Of a stretch of 64,000 nt of DNA, positions 53,815 to 63,550 are shown in pieces. Position numbers and translations under genes: made by a program. The notes beneath the pieces were generated by a model that saw only the letters and a program-made list of their open reading frames with translations, searched no databases and had not been told where the DNA came from. Source of the DNA: a virus (lineage: Duplodnaviria > Heunggongvirae > Uroviricota > Caudoviricetes); IMG/VR virus record IMGVR_UViG_3300043418_000226. One strand, given 5' to 3'. How positions within the stretch are numbered: the stretch's first letter is position 1; the number at the start of each line of letters is the position of its first letter.

Positions 53815-54240
53815 TTACAATTTAACGTGGAATCTGTTTTTCATCTCCGTTAATTTCTCATTGGGGACACCGTGAATATTCTCACCACCATGTCTATTTT
53901 CAACTATAATAGTATGAACTCTATATCCGTATCTTTCGGCAATTGTAAAATATGGTTCCATTTCCCACTCTTGTGTAAATGTATTGGCAACAATAATTTT
54001 GAAACTTTCCAATTTCATTCTTTCAGCACATCTTTGTTGACAATTATTATGTGCTTCCTTTAATTTAGATGCATCAAATACGTACTCCCCTTTACCATTT
54101 AAAAAATAGTCATCTGCGGAAATTACATCACCGGTATTGCCCGATGGGTGTGTTAATAATACTTCAGCTAATGTTGTTTTACCTGAACCAGGAACACCTC
54201 TAACTAATATAAGATCTCCTTTATATTCTTTTTTGTTCAT
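53815..54240 (-). CDS. polynucleotide 5'-kinase (P-loop, AAA_33/PNK-like)
   Basis: ILVRGVPGSGKTTLAE Walker A; 141 aa; adjacent to the RNA ligase. Confidence 0.7.
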   Translation of the reverse strand: MNKKEYKGDLILVRGVPGSGKTTLAEVLLTHPSGNTGDVISADDYFLNGKGEYVFDASKLKEAHNNCQQRCAERMKLESFKIIVANTFTQEWEMEPYFTIAERYGYRVHTIIVENRHGGENIHGVPNEKLTEMKNRFHVKL

Positions 54241-54521
54241 ACGATTCTATATTTTTGTATAAATACTATATGATTAAAATGTCAGTTATTATGTAATTTT
54301 TACTTTTTAATCGTATTTTTTTTTCTCTTTGTTTTTTGTTTTGGTTTTACCAACGGAACGTAATCGAATTCTGTTTCTCCGGGTTCGATAATGTTGGTTT
54401 TTATTTTAGTAAATTTATCCTTAATATATTGAATAAAAAAAATAATAGATGTTGTCATTGGGTTAGATGTGTAGTTAACAATTAATAAAAATTGGGCCGA
54501 AGTAAATTCGACCCGATATCT

Positions 54522-54701
54522 TTATTTTACAGACGTTGTGTCTGAGGTGATTTCAGCGGTTGTTGAATCAGTGGCGGAAACTGCGGTTGAGTCAAGATTA
54601 GATGCTGTTGAGTCGTTTGTTTCTTTTGAGGTAGACCCGTTACCACATGATGTTAATGCAACTGTTGCGATAACACCTAAAGCTAAAATATATTTTTTCA
54701 T
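54522..54701 (-). CDS. small Ser/Thr-rich lipoprotein
   Basis: MKKYILALGVIATVALTSC lipobox. Confidence 0.45.
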   Translation of the reverse strand: MKKYILALGVIATVALTSCGNGSTSKETNDSTASNLDSTAVSATDSTTAEITSDTTSVK

Positions 54702-54744
54702 AATTAAAAGATAGTGAAAAAATTCCATAAAAAAAAATATTTTA

Positions 54745-54772
54745 AATAAAAAACCCCAACGAGTTGTCGGGG
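54745..54772 (-). terminator. intrinsic terminator (minus strand)
   Basis: CCCCGACAACTCGTTGGGG hairpin then T-run on the minus strand. Confidence 0.6.
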
Positions 54773-54889
54773 TTTAAGGTCATTAAGTGGGTTCAACACC
54801 ACTCACTTTAAAACGAAAAGGTAATCGACAAAGAGTACCCATGAAGATATAAATATATATAACTTAGGGTAAAAGTCAACTATTTATTG

Positions 54890-56902
54890 TTATTTTTTTA
54901 AAATTTCCAATTTTTCGTTTTTAAATTTTAAAGTAATCGATTGATTTTCAACAATATTACCTTTTAAAATCTCTTCACTTAAGAAATCTTCACATAAATT
55001 CTGAATAATTCTTTTCAGTGGTCTTGCGCCATATTCCTCTTGTGAGTTAAGTTGAAATATTCTATCAATCACTGTTTTATCGAATTTAATTGAATATCCT
55101 TTATCAACCAATCTTTTATTTAATTTTTCAACTTCAATGTTGATAATTTTTTTCAATGTTTCTTCATTTAAAGAATTGAAAAGTATGATATCATCAATAC
55201 GATTTAAAAATTCGGGATTGAATTGTTGTTTTAATGATTTTTGTATCATTGTTTTTCTTACTTCATATTCTTGTAATTGACTTGATGTCGTTGAAAACCC
55301 AACCCCATTACCAAAATCAGAAACTTTTTTGGCTCCGACATTTGATGTCATAATGATAAGACAATTGGTAAAATTAATTTTTCTACCAAATGAATCTGTT
55401 AAATGACCTTCATCTAAAATTTGGAGTAATATATTAAACACGTCTTTGTGTGCTTTTTCAATTTCATCAAATAAGATTACAGAGAAAGGGTTGTTTTTAA
55501 CTTTTTCAGTTAATTGACCTCCTTCATCGTAACCAACAAATCCCGGAGGTGAACCAATTAATTTAGAAACGTTATGTCGGTCCATGTATTCACTCATATC
55601 TACACGAATAATTTTGTCGGGGTCACCAAATAACGTGTTTGCCAAAGATTTGGCCAAGTGTGTTTTACCTACACCGGTTGAGCCTAAGAATATGAAGGAT
55701 CCAATTGGTTTATTCGCATCTTTAATACCGACCCTATTTCTTCTAATTGCCTTTGAGATAGTTGAAATTGCATCGTCTTGACCAATTACTTTTTGACCTA
55801 AAATTGTTTCCATATTCAATAATTTAGTAGTTTCTTTACTATCAAGTTTATGAATAGGAACACCGGTCATATCAGAAATAATCGAATATACATCATCGAT
55901 TGTAACGGGTATTTTATTTACTTTTTGTTTTTCGGACCATTTTAGTTTTTCATCTTCGAGTTTAACTACAATCTTTTTCTCGTCATCTCTAAGTTTCGCG
56001 GCTTGTTCGTAGTTTTGACTTTTAACTACCAATAATTTCTTTTCCCTTACATCCTCAATTTGTTTTTTTAATTTTTCAATTGATTCAGGAACCCTCATTG
56101 ATACTCTTTTTTCTGACCCAAGTTCATCCAATACATCAATCGCTTTATCGGGAAATTGTCTATCGGTTATATAACGACTCGATAGTTTGACAATATTATC
56201 AATTACACCGTCCTCATATTGAACTCTATGGTAATCTTGGTAGGAATCTTTAAGGTTATTAAGAATGTCCACCGTTTCTTCTAATGTAGGTTCATTTAAA
56301 ATAACTTTTTGAAATCTTCTAACCAATGCGGCATCTTTCTCAATATGTTTTTTAAATTCATCCAAAGTCGTTGCACCAATACATTGGATTTCTCCACGAG
56401 CAAGTGCAGGTTTAAGAATATTTGCGGCATCCATTGCACCACTTGAGTTACCTGCACCAACCATAGTATGTAGTTCATCAATGAATACAATTACGTTCGG
56501 TGCTTCAAGTAATTCATTTAGAATCGCCTTTATTCTCTCCTCAAATTGTCCACGATATTTTGTACCTGCAACTAAAGATGTTAAATCTAACGACATAATT
56601 CGTTTATCTAATAAATTAGTTGGGCAATCTCCTTTCACTATCATTAATGCGAGTTTTTCAACTAATGCAGATTTACCTACACCGGCATCCCCTACAATTA
56701 CCGCATTATTTTTCTTTTTACGTGATAGAATTTGTGCAATTCTTTTCACTTCTTTATCCCTACCAACAATAGGGTCAATTTTACCATCCTCCGCAAGTTT
56801 TATTAAATCTCGTGAGAAATTATCTAAAATTGGTGTTGTTGAACCTTTACGTCCCTTTTTGGGTGTTGAGGTTGGTCCGTCTTCAAAAAAGTCTACTGCC
56901 AT
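54890..56902 (-). CDS. ClpA/ClpB/ClpC-family AAA+ unfoldase (two NBDs, no N-domain)
   Basis: GDAGVGKSA and GSTGVGKTHLAK Walker A motifs, FIDELH and ILFDEIEKAH Walker B motifs, sensor and arginine-finger regions. Confidence 0.85.
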   Translation of the reverse strand: MAVDFFEDGPTSTPKKGRKGSTTPILDNFSRDLIKLAEDGKIDPIVGRDKEVKRIAQILSRKKKNNAVIVGDAGVGKSALVEKLALMIVKGDCPTNLLDKRIMSLDLTSLVAGTKYRGQFEERIKAILNELLEAPNVIVFIDELHTMVGAGNSSGAMDAANILKPALARGEIQCIGATTLDEFKKHIEKDAALVRRFQKVILNEPTLEETVDILNNLKDSYQDYHRVQYEDGVIDNIVKLSSRYITDRQFPDKAIDVLDELGSEKRVSMRVPESIEKLKKQIEDVREKKLLVVKSQNYEQAAKLRDDEKKIVVKLEDEKLKWSEKQKVNKIPVTIDDVYSIISDMTGVPIHKLDSKETTKLLNMETILGQKVIGQDDAISTISKAIRRNRVGIKDANKPIGSFIFLGSTGVGKTHLAKSLANTLFGDPDKIIRVDMSEYMDRHNVSKLIGSPPGFVGYDEGGQLTEKVKNNPFSVILFDEIEKAHKDVFNILLQILDEGHLTDSFGRKINFTNCLIIMTSNVGAKKVSDFGNGVGFSTTSSQLQEYEVRKTMIQKSLKQQFNPEFLNRIDDIILFNSLNEETLKKIINIEVEKLNKRLVDKGYSIKFDKTVIDRIFQLNSQEEYGARPLKRIIQNLCEDFLSEEILKGNIVENQSITLKFKNEKLEILKK

Positions 56903-57089
56903 CTTTATATGTTTTATTGTTTACAAAAGTAATACATTTTATTCTAATAACCAAATTTTATTTTAGTTTTAGATTTTTAAATGAATTTACGGTACAAATA
57001 TATAACAAAGAAATTAATTACAAAATATAATGGGGTTTTTTATTTGATATTTATTGATTATATTGTATTATAAATTAAAAAAAGACATT

Positions 57090-57335
57090 ATGGCAATTAT
57101 TTCAGAATCAATCAATGGAAAAATGATAGACATTATCATTAACTCCTCTAATTTAAAATCGGCATCTTTTAACACTGAAAGTGAGGATTTAACAGTAGTT
57201 TTTAACAACGGCTCTATTTATGAGTATGATAAAGTCCCTTGGACTAAGTTTACCAAATTTAGGTTAGCTGAATCCCAAGGAAAATATTTCAATGAAAATA
57301 TTGCAAAAACCCACAAATTTAAAAAAGTAGGATGA
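57090..57335 (+). CDS. KTSC-domain protein
   Basis: DLTVVFNNGSIYEYDKVPWTKFTKFRLAESQGKYFNENI matches the KTSC pattern; start moved to MAIIS. Confidence 0.6.
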   Translation: MAIISESINGKMIDIIINSSNLKSASFNTESEDLTVVFNNGSIYEYDKVPWTKFTKFRLAESQGKYFNENIAKTHKFKKVG

Positions 57336-58090
57336 GTTTATTCGAAGAATTAATTGAAGACAGGTCGGAAGACAAAAAAATTGTAAAATCTTTTAAAGTT
57401 AAAGATTCATTATCCGGTGATATATTTGATAAATCGGGTAAGACATATAACATGAGAGAAGAAATAAGAAAGTCACTTTTAAAAATTGCCGATGATTTTA
57501 TTGAAACTCTTGGTGTTGAATTTTTTATTCATGACGTAATCTTAACTGGTTCCCTTTCTAATTTTAATTGGTCCAATTATTCTGACGTTGATTTACATAT
57601 ATTAATAGATTATAAAGAAACGGATTATGATTTGAGTTTATTAAAAGAATTTTTTGATGCTAAAAAAAATGTTTGGAATGAGAAACATAATATTGTAATA
57701 AAAGGGTTCGATGTTGAAATATATGTCCAAGATGTTGATGAACCTCACGTATCTTCGGGTGTTTATTCTATACTAAACAATAAGTGGTTAATTGAACCAG
57801 AACCAACTAAACCTAATATTGATGACCGTTTAATTATTCAAAAAGGTGAAGAATATACAACAAAAATAGATAATTTAATAAAAAGAAACGAAAAAGGTGA
57901 CGATGTGTTGAAAGACATTGATAACCTTAGATTAAAACTAAAAACTTTTAGACAAAGTGGTTTAGATGCCGGTGGAGAGTATTCTTATGAAAATTTAACC
58001 TTTAAATTATTAAGAAGAAACGGTGATATTGAAAGACTATTACAATTAAAATCAAAAATAACGGATAAGAAATTGTCCATAACACAATAA
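57332..58090 (+). CDS. Pol-beta-superfamily nucleotidyltransferase
   Basis: ILTGSLSNFNWSNYSDVDLHILID fits the hGS..x(9-13)..DhD NTase motif. Confidence 0.55.
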   Translation: MSLFEELIEDRSEDKKIVKSFKVKDSLSGDIFDKSGKTYNMREEIRKSLLKIADDFIETLGVEFFIHDVILTGSLSNFNWSNYSDVDLHILIDYKETDYDLSLLKEFFDAKKNVWNEKHNIVIKGFDVEIYVQDVDEPHVSSGVYSILNNKWLIEPEPTKPNIDDRLIIQKGEEYTTKIDNLIKRNEKGDDVLKDIDNLRLKLKTFRQSGLDAGGEYSYENLTFKLLRRNGDIERLLQLKSKITDKKLSITQ

Positions 58091-58160
58091 AGAACCTAAT
58101 TTTTTTCTATATATCAATGTATTTATAGGATAAGAATAAGTATATCTAACAATCAACAAA

Positions 58161-59144
58161 ATGGCAGATTTAAAACCCCTTGGTAGTGAAAAGCTTAACG
58201 GAGACGACAAATTAAAAAGAATTCTCGAGCTAACCTACTTTAATAACAACAATAAAAAAACAACCACAACGTCTAATGCGGAATTAGTAAGTGAATCTAA
58301 AACCGGTGGAATATACGGTATCGTTAAAGAAAAAGATGCATATTATGTAAAAAGAGGTTTAAATGAAAGTTCTCTTGATTATATTGGTGGTATGTTTATG
58401 AAAAACAAAAATAGATTTTCTTCATATGGTGAGGCTCTTAAAAGACTTGACTTACTAAAAGGTCAGGAAGAATTACAAGAAGCCACAAAATATGTTTTAA
58501 AACCTAGTAAACCGAAAGAGGAGGCACCAATGGCGGAACCAACAATGGACGCACCTGTTGCCGCACCAACTGATGAGTTACCCGCAATTGAGGATTTACC
58601 TTCTGATGATATGTCAACTGACGAATTACCTTCTGATGATATGTCAACTGACGGTGAAGAGGCACCAAGTAAACGTTCTGATTATATGGCTGAAGTTCAG
58701 AAATATTCAGGTAAATTGGGTCAAGAATTAAGAGATTTACATGATAGAATGGAAAGCGATGATATTAAGTATGTTCTTAATATGATAATTTCCGCTGTTG
58801 ACTTAGACAAATTAGACTTAGATGATATTGAAGAGATTGCTAAAAAATTCGAACGTGAAGAAGAGGAACCATCTGAGGAACCAACTTCAGGTGAAGAAGA
58901 AGTACCTTCAGACGAACCAACTTCAGGTGAAGACGAGGATTTAGGTGAAGATGCTATGTCAGCATTAGATGAGTTTATAAACACCCCAATTCAATCTGAC
59001 GAAATTGACATGTCAAACTATGATTTAGGTCAGGAAGTAAGTGAAGAAGACGATAGTAAAGATTCATATGAGATTGATATCGACGAAATCAAAAATGATA
59101 TTAACAACAGTATTAGTAGTACATTAAGTAAATACTTTAAGTAA
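58161..59144 (+). CDS. acidic repeat protein (scaffold-like?)
   Basis: pI very low; 30-bp direct repeat 58596-58655 (LPSDDMSTDE x2) and EEPTSGE repeats. Confidence 0.6.
   Translation: MADLKPLGSEKLNGDDKLKRILELTYFNNNNKKTTTTSNAELVSESKTGGIYGIVKEKDAYYVKRGLNESSLDYIGGMFMKNKNRFSSYGEALKRLDLLKGQEELQEATKYVLKPSKPKEEAPMAEPTMDAPVAAPTDELPAIEDLPSDDMSTDELPSDDMSTDGEEAPSKRSDYMAEVQKYSGKLGQELRDLHDRMESDDIKYVLNMIISAVDLDKLDLDDIEEIAKKFEREEEEPSEEPTSGEEEVPSDEPTSGEDEDLGEDAMSALDEFINTPIQSDEIDMSNYDLGQEVSEEDDSKDSYEIDIDEIKNDINNSISSTLSKYFK
58596..58655 (+). repeat. 2 x 30-bp direct repeat within the CDS
   Basis: TTACCTTCTGATGATATGTCAACTGACGAA duplicated. Confidence 0.85.
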
Positions 59145-59145
59145 A

Positions 59146-59544
59146 ATGCATTTAATCTATGTCAATGAAATCGGGGCCGATTATAAAGGTCAAAAACAGT
59201 ATGAATTTATTTTCAGTACTAAAACCGAAATCGATATGGATGAGTGGTTCACAATACCCGCTTCGGCATCATCACAACCAAAGTCACCCGAGATAGAATA
59301 TATCGATATGGTTGGGTTGTTAAAAAATACCGACTTACATTTAGAATTAATTCAAGACTCCGATTATTTCGGAGTTATTGATGCTGTAGACGGTGTGATT
59401 TCAATGGCGTGGGAAAAATTTAACTATGACTCTGAAGAAGAGAGGTTAACATTTAAATTTGGAGAATCATTTGAGTCCGTAACAAAAAAATTAAAATATA
59501 GAGGTCTCCCCTTAATTAACGAAGAAATTAAAACAAACGAATAA
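59146..59544 (+). CDS. hypothetical protein
   Basis: 132-aa ORF. Confidence 0.55.
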   Translation: MHLIYVNEIGADYKGQKQYEFIFSTKTEIDMDEWFTIPASASSQPKSPEIEYIDMVGLLKNTDLHLELIQDSDYFGVIDAVDGVISMAWEKFNYDSEEERLTFKFGESFESVTKKLKYRGLPLINEEIKTNE

Positions 59545-60335
59545 TGAACAGAACAGAATTAGTCGAAAAATTATTAAAAGAAGGATTTTCTGAAAAAACA
59601 TTGGTTAAATTTACCGATAAACAACTTAATACATTATCTGAAAGAGTTTTAGGTGAACAATCAACCGGAACGTTAAAAGTTGCTAAGGGTTCTCCACAAG
59701 AGAAAGCGGCAATGGCACAAAAACAGGCGTTTGTTGCTTACGAAGGTGAGATGAAAGAAGAAAAACCATCTGCCGGATTAAGTAAAGAAAAGAAAAGTGA
59801 AATCGTTAAGAAAGCCAAAAAAGGAGAAGACCTTGGTAAAAAAGGTAAGGGTTTTGAAAAGATTGTAGATAATGCAAAGAAAAGTGGATCAAAAAATCCT
59901 GAGTCGGTTGCAGCAGCTGCAATGTGGAAAAACGTAAAGAGAGAAAGTGTTGAGGAAAAAGAAATGAGAGAATGGGTTGACCAATTAATGGAAACCACCT
60001 ATCATTCATTCACATCTAAAGGTGAAATAATGGAAATGATTCAAGTAAAATTAAATGAATCAGAAACGATGACTCCAATGCCGGTATCTAAACCAACTAA
60101 AGGACATAATGGTGTGCCGGAATTCATGACACATGAAGGTGAACAAAATGAACAACAAACTGCACCGTCACCAAGTACTAGACCAACTGAGACCCCAACA
60201 AAACCAGGTACTAAACCAGAAAAACCAAAAAGAGAGAATCCTTTCGAACCTAAACACACACCGAAACCTAAGGCTAAGTTACCTGAATTCATGAAATTTG
60301 ACCAAATAGGTATTAAATTAAAAGAATCAAAATAA
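59544..60335 (+). CDS. Lys/Glu-rich hypothetical protein with internal leader-like motif (FTDKQLNTLSERVLGEQ)
   Basis: 263-aa ORF. Confidence 0.6.
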   Translation: MNRTELVEKLLKEGFSEKTLVKFTDKQLNTLSERVLGEQSTGTLKVAKGSPQEKAAMAQKQAFVAYEGEMKEEKPSAGLSKEKKSEIVKKAKKGEDLGKKGKGFEKIVDNAKKSGSKNPESVAAAAMWKNVKRESVEEKEMREWVDQLMETTYHSFTSKGEIMEMIQVKLNESETMTPMPVSKPTKGHNGVPEFMTHEGEQNEQQTAPSPSTRPTETPTKPGTKPEKPKRENPFEPKHTPKPKAKLPEFMKFDQIGIKLKESK

Positions 60336-60337
60336 TT

Positions 60338-61660
60338 ATGCTAACTAAAAAAAAGTTATTATCTTTGCTTAAAGAAAATTTAACAGAGATGCCAATAGAC
60401 TACGGACAGAGCCCAGAAAGGATGAATCCTGACTTGGAGAGAAAGTTAGCCGATAAGGAACACCCTTATAAGGATAATCCAGCAATACCACAGGAAAAAC
60501 CTGAAGGTATAACATCAAATTTCGAAGAATTAATTTCTTCTCAGAGATTTATGGATGTTGTTCAAAAAGTAAAAAACTACACCGGACAAGAAGGTAACGT
60601 TACCGACGGAAACGGATTTTCTCAACTTACCGCATCTATGATGGGAGCAATGAGACAAGTTTTAGAATTTGAAGCTCAACATAAAGACATGTTAGAAAAC
60701 CTTGCAGTTGAATTGGTAAAAAAAGAATTATCGATTCCTGAAGGGATGTTACAATATGACGCTAAATTAGTTGGTATTGGAGAAATTGGAAATGAAGGTT
60801 TTTCTAATCAAGAAGAAAACCCAACTGAAGAAGAAATTGAACAGGAATTCGGTGTTGACGGTGAAGAGGCTGCAGAAGACGTGGAGAACTTTATTGACGC
60901 ATTTGAAAAGTTTAACGATGAGGTTGCAAAAAGAAGAGTAATTAACGCACTTATACAAGGGTCTTCAAAGAAAGGTCATTATATGTTTGAATTGGTTAAT
61001 GCTAGATTAACACAGATGGACCCTAACATTGTTAGATTATACGGTGTTTTAATGTCAGTTAACGATTTATTATATTGGATGTTCCCTGATGAAGCCATGT
61101 TAGGTGGTGGTGGCGGTGGTGCCGAAAAGGCGGGTAAAGAAGAAATTAACACAGAAACTGACCCACCAACAATAATTGCACGTGGGGTATTTTTTCCTGT
61201 CCTTATTCACGAATTAATTAAAGGTACAATGGAAATCATTGCAACTAAAGGTTTACCGAATGATAAGAAATCGGCAGATATGGTTATGGGAGTAACAGAT
61301 AACTTACCTTCTGAAATTTGGGACTTAAGATTAGGACCGGTAATTTGGGAAAAGTTTGTGGATGCGTATCCTGATAAATTATTCAGAGACGATGCTAGAC
61401 ATATTCAAAATTATTTATTTTCAAGATTTTCTCAATTAGACACTAAAGAGTTCTTAAAGGTTACTAATTTAATTTTAAAAGGTAGTCCATTAGGTAAACA
61501 AATCATCGAAAAAATGGTAAGTGAAATTGAGGAACATTTAAGAAATGAAGATTGGGAAGAAGAACAATACAATATGGAAGTCGGAGATGACGATGACGAC
61601 GAAAACGATGGGTTAGACGATTTATTCTCACAATTAGGTATCGATAGACCAAGGGATTAA
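60338..61660 (+). CDS. hypothetical acidic protein (440 aa)
   Basis: complete ORF; Gly run; acidic C-terminus. Confidence 0.65.
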   Translation: MLTKKKLLSLLKENLTEMPIDYGQSPERMNPDLERKLADKEHPYKDNPAIPQEKPEGITSNFEELISSQRFMDVVQKVKNYTGQEGNVTDGNGFSQLTASMMGAMRQVLEFEAQHKDMLENLAVELVKKELSIPEGMLQYDAKLVGIGEIGNEGFSNQEENPTEEEIEQEFGVDGEEAAEDVENFIDAFEKFNDEVAKRRVINALIQGSSKKGHYMFELVNARLTQMDPNIVRLYGVLMSVNDLLYWMFPDEAMLGGGGGGAEKAGKEEINTETDPPTIIARGVFFPVLIHELIKGTMEIIATKGLPNDKKSADMVMGVTDNLPSEIWDLRLGPVIWEKFVDAYPDKLFRDDARHIQNYLFSRFSQLDTKEFLKVTNLILKGSPLGKQIIEKMVSEIEEHLRNEDWEEEQYNMEVGDDDDDENDGLDDLFSQLGIDRPRD

Positions 61661-61683
61661 GTTCAAAACATATAGAAATAATA

Positions 61684-61713
61684 GAAAGACGGTTTTTTAA
61701 CCGTCTTTTTTTG
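61684..61713 (+). terminator. intrinsic terminator
   Basis: AGACGGTT-TTTT-AACCGTCT plus T7. Confidence 0.65.
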
Positions 61714-61724
61714 TATTTATATAT

Positions 61725-63497
61725 ATGAACAGTAAATTAGCCCAACTTACGGAGTACGCTCGAATTATGAAAGATGCTCCATATGCGTTAAAGACATACT
61801 TAACAACGTATGACAATACACAGAAGCAATATGTTCCGTTAGAACTATTTCCTGACCAAGTACAATTAATTCAGGACTACGAAAAGTATAACGAAAACAT
61901 TACAAGAAAATACAGACAGGCCGGAGTTTCGACGGTAACTGCGGCATGGATATCAAAAAAATTACAAACGGCGAAAGATACAGAACCTGAAAGGGTTCTT
62001 ATTATTGCCAATAAACGTGATACTGCCATTGAGATGGCCAATAAGGTTCGTCACTTCTTAGAACAATGGCCTGAATGGATTAACGTTGGATTCTCACCGG
62101 ATAAAAACTCAGAGAGTAGATTTAGATTAAATAATGGTTGTGAAGTTAAAGCCGTTGCAACATCACCAGATGCGTTACGTGGTTTTACACCAACGATACT
62201 TGTATTTGATGAGGCGGCTTATATTGATGCAGGTGAAGATTTTTGGGCGGCATCCATGGCATCGTTATCAACAGGTGGTAAAATTATTCTTATTTCAACA
62301 CCCAACGGTTATGACCCAATTTATTATGGCGTTTATGACCAAGCATTGAGAGGTGTGAACGATTTTCACATTACCGATTTAAGATGGTTTAAAGACCCAC
62401 GTTATACTAAAGATTTAAGATGGGTGAAATGTAATGACATTGTTCATTATATGTTAAATAGAGAACAGTACGACGATAACGACATCGTTATGACAGACTT
62501 TAATATAGAAAAGTATAATGAATACTTAGATGACGGTTATAAACCTTTATCATCTTGGTTTGAGTCAATGTCTAAGAAATTCAAATATGATAGACGTATG
62601 ATTTCTCAGGAGTTAGAATGTGACTTCTTAGGTTCAGGGGATTCTGTTATACCCGGAGAAACTCAGGCGAACATTGCAAAGAATATGATTCGTTTACCAA
62701 AGGAAAAATATATGCAAGGTACGTTTTGGCATTGGAAAGAACCTATTAAAGGTCATCGTTATATTATGGGGGTTGACGTTAGTAGAGGGGATAGTGAGGA
62801 TTTCTCTTCGATTAATATAGTGGATTTCGATGATAGGGAACAGGTTGCTGAATATATCGGTAAAATACCTCCTGACGATTTGGCGGCAGTGGCGTACAAA
62901 TGGGGAATACTATATGAAGCATTTATCGTTATTGATATTACCGGTGGTATGGGTGTTGCAACATCAAGGAAATTACAAGAGATGAATTATAAGAATCTTT
63001 ATATTGATGGTGTTAATACCAAAAACATATGGGAATATAATTCTAAAGCAATGGAAAAAATACCCGGTCTTAATTTCAATAACAAAAGAACACAAATTGT
63101 TGCTGCTTTTGAAGAACAATTAAGAAAGGGATTTATTGTAAGGTCGAGTAGGTTATTAGGCGAACTAAACACATTTGTTTATCTTAATGGAAGACCTGAC
63201 CACATGAAAGGTCAACATGATGATGCAATTATGAGTATGTCAATGGCGTTATATGCTGGTGATATGTGTTTCAATCAGTTAGAAAAAAATGAAAACGCTA
63301 ATAAAGCAATGTTAGAATCTTGGACAATGTCCGAGAGAACATATGAAACAAGCAAAACATTTTATTCTTACGGCACATCATTTGACCCGATAGGTTCAAT
63401 GCAAACTGATGATAACTTATATCATGGAAATAACACGACCCAAGTTCCAAAACAAAGTTATCAAGAATATTCGTGGTTATTTGGTAAATCTAAATAA
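61725..63497 (+). CDS. terL: terminase large subunit
   Basis: ATPase Walker-B-like ILVFDEAAYID; nuclease-domain MGVDVSRGDSEDFSSINIV and HDDAIMSMSMA motifs; 590 aa. Confidence 0.8.
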   Translation: MNSKLAQLTEYARIMKDAPYALKTYLTTYDNTQKQYVPLELFPDQVQLIQDYEKYNENITRKYRQAGVSTVTAAWISKKLQTAKDTEPERVLIIANKRDTAIEMANKVRHFLEQWPEWINVGFSPDKNSESRFRLNNGCEVKAVATSPDALRGFTPTILVFDEAAYIDAGEDFWAASMASLSTGGKIILISTPNGYDPIYYGVYDQALRGVNDFHITDLRWFKDPRYTKDLRWVKCNDIVHYMLNREQYDDNDIVMTDFNIEKYNEYLDDGYKPLSSWFESMSKKFKYDRRMISQELECDFLGSGDSVIPGETQANIAKNMIRLPKEKYMQGTFWHWKEPIKGHRYIMGVDVSRGDSEDFSSINIVDFDDREQVAEYIGKIPPDDLAAVAYKWGILYEAFIVIDITGGMGVATSRKLQEMNYKNLYIDGVNTKNIWEYNSKAMEKIPGLNFNNKRTQIVAAFEEQLRKGFIVRSSRLLGELNTFVYLNGRPDHMKGQHDDAIMSMSMALYAGDMCFNQLEKNENANKAMLESWTMSERTYETSKTFYSYGTSFDPIGSMQTDDNLYHGNNTTQVPKQSYQEYSWLFGKSK

Positions 63498-63550
63498 TCT
63501 TTCCTATTCCATAATTTTACATTATATTATAAAGAAAAGTATTTATATAC

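Noticed and set aside
52859-54063. ORFs 52859..53065 (+), 53473..53709 (+), 53567..53815 (-) and 53872..54063 (+)
   Set aside because: Antisense to the RNA ligase and kinase. The 53567..53815 ORF is a Trp/Phe-rich spacer translation that ends one codon before the ligase start.
55584-57030. ORFs 55584..55781 (+), 56296..56490 (-), 56481..56966 (+) and 56812..57030 (+)
   Set aside because: Nested within or antisense to the ClpC-like gene, or in the AT-rich spacer.
58721-60958. Minus ORFs 58721..58984, 59738..59998, 59806..60009, 60041..60292 and 60767..60958
   Set aside because: Antisense to highly charged repeat proteins; the Ser/Phe/Leu-rich composition is a mirror artefact.
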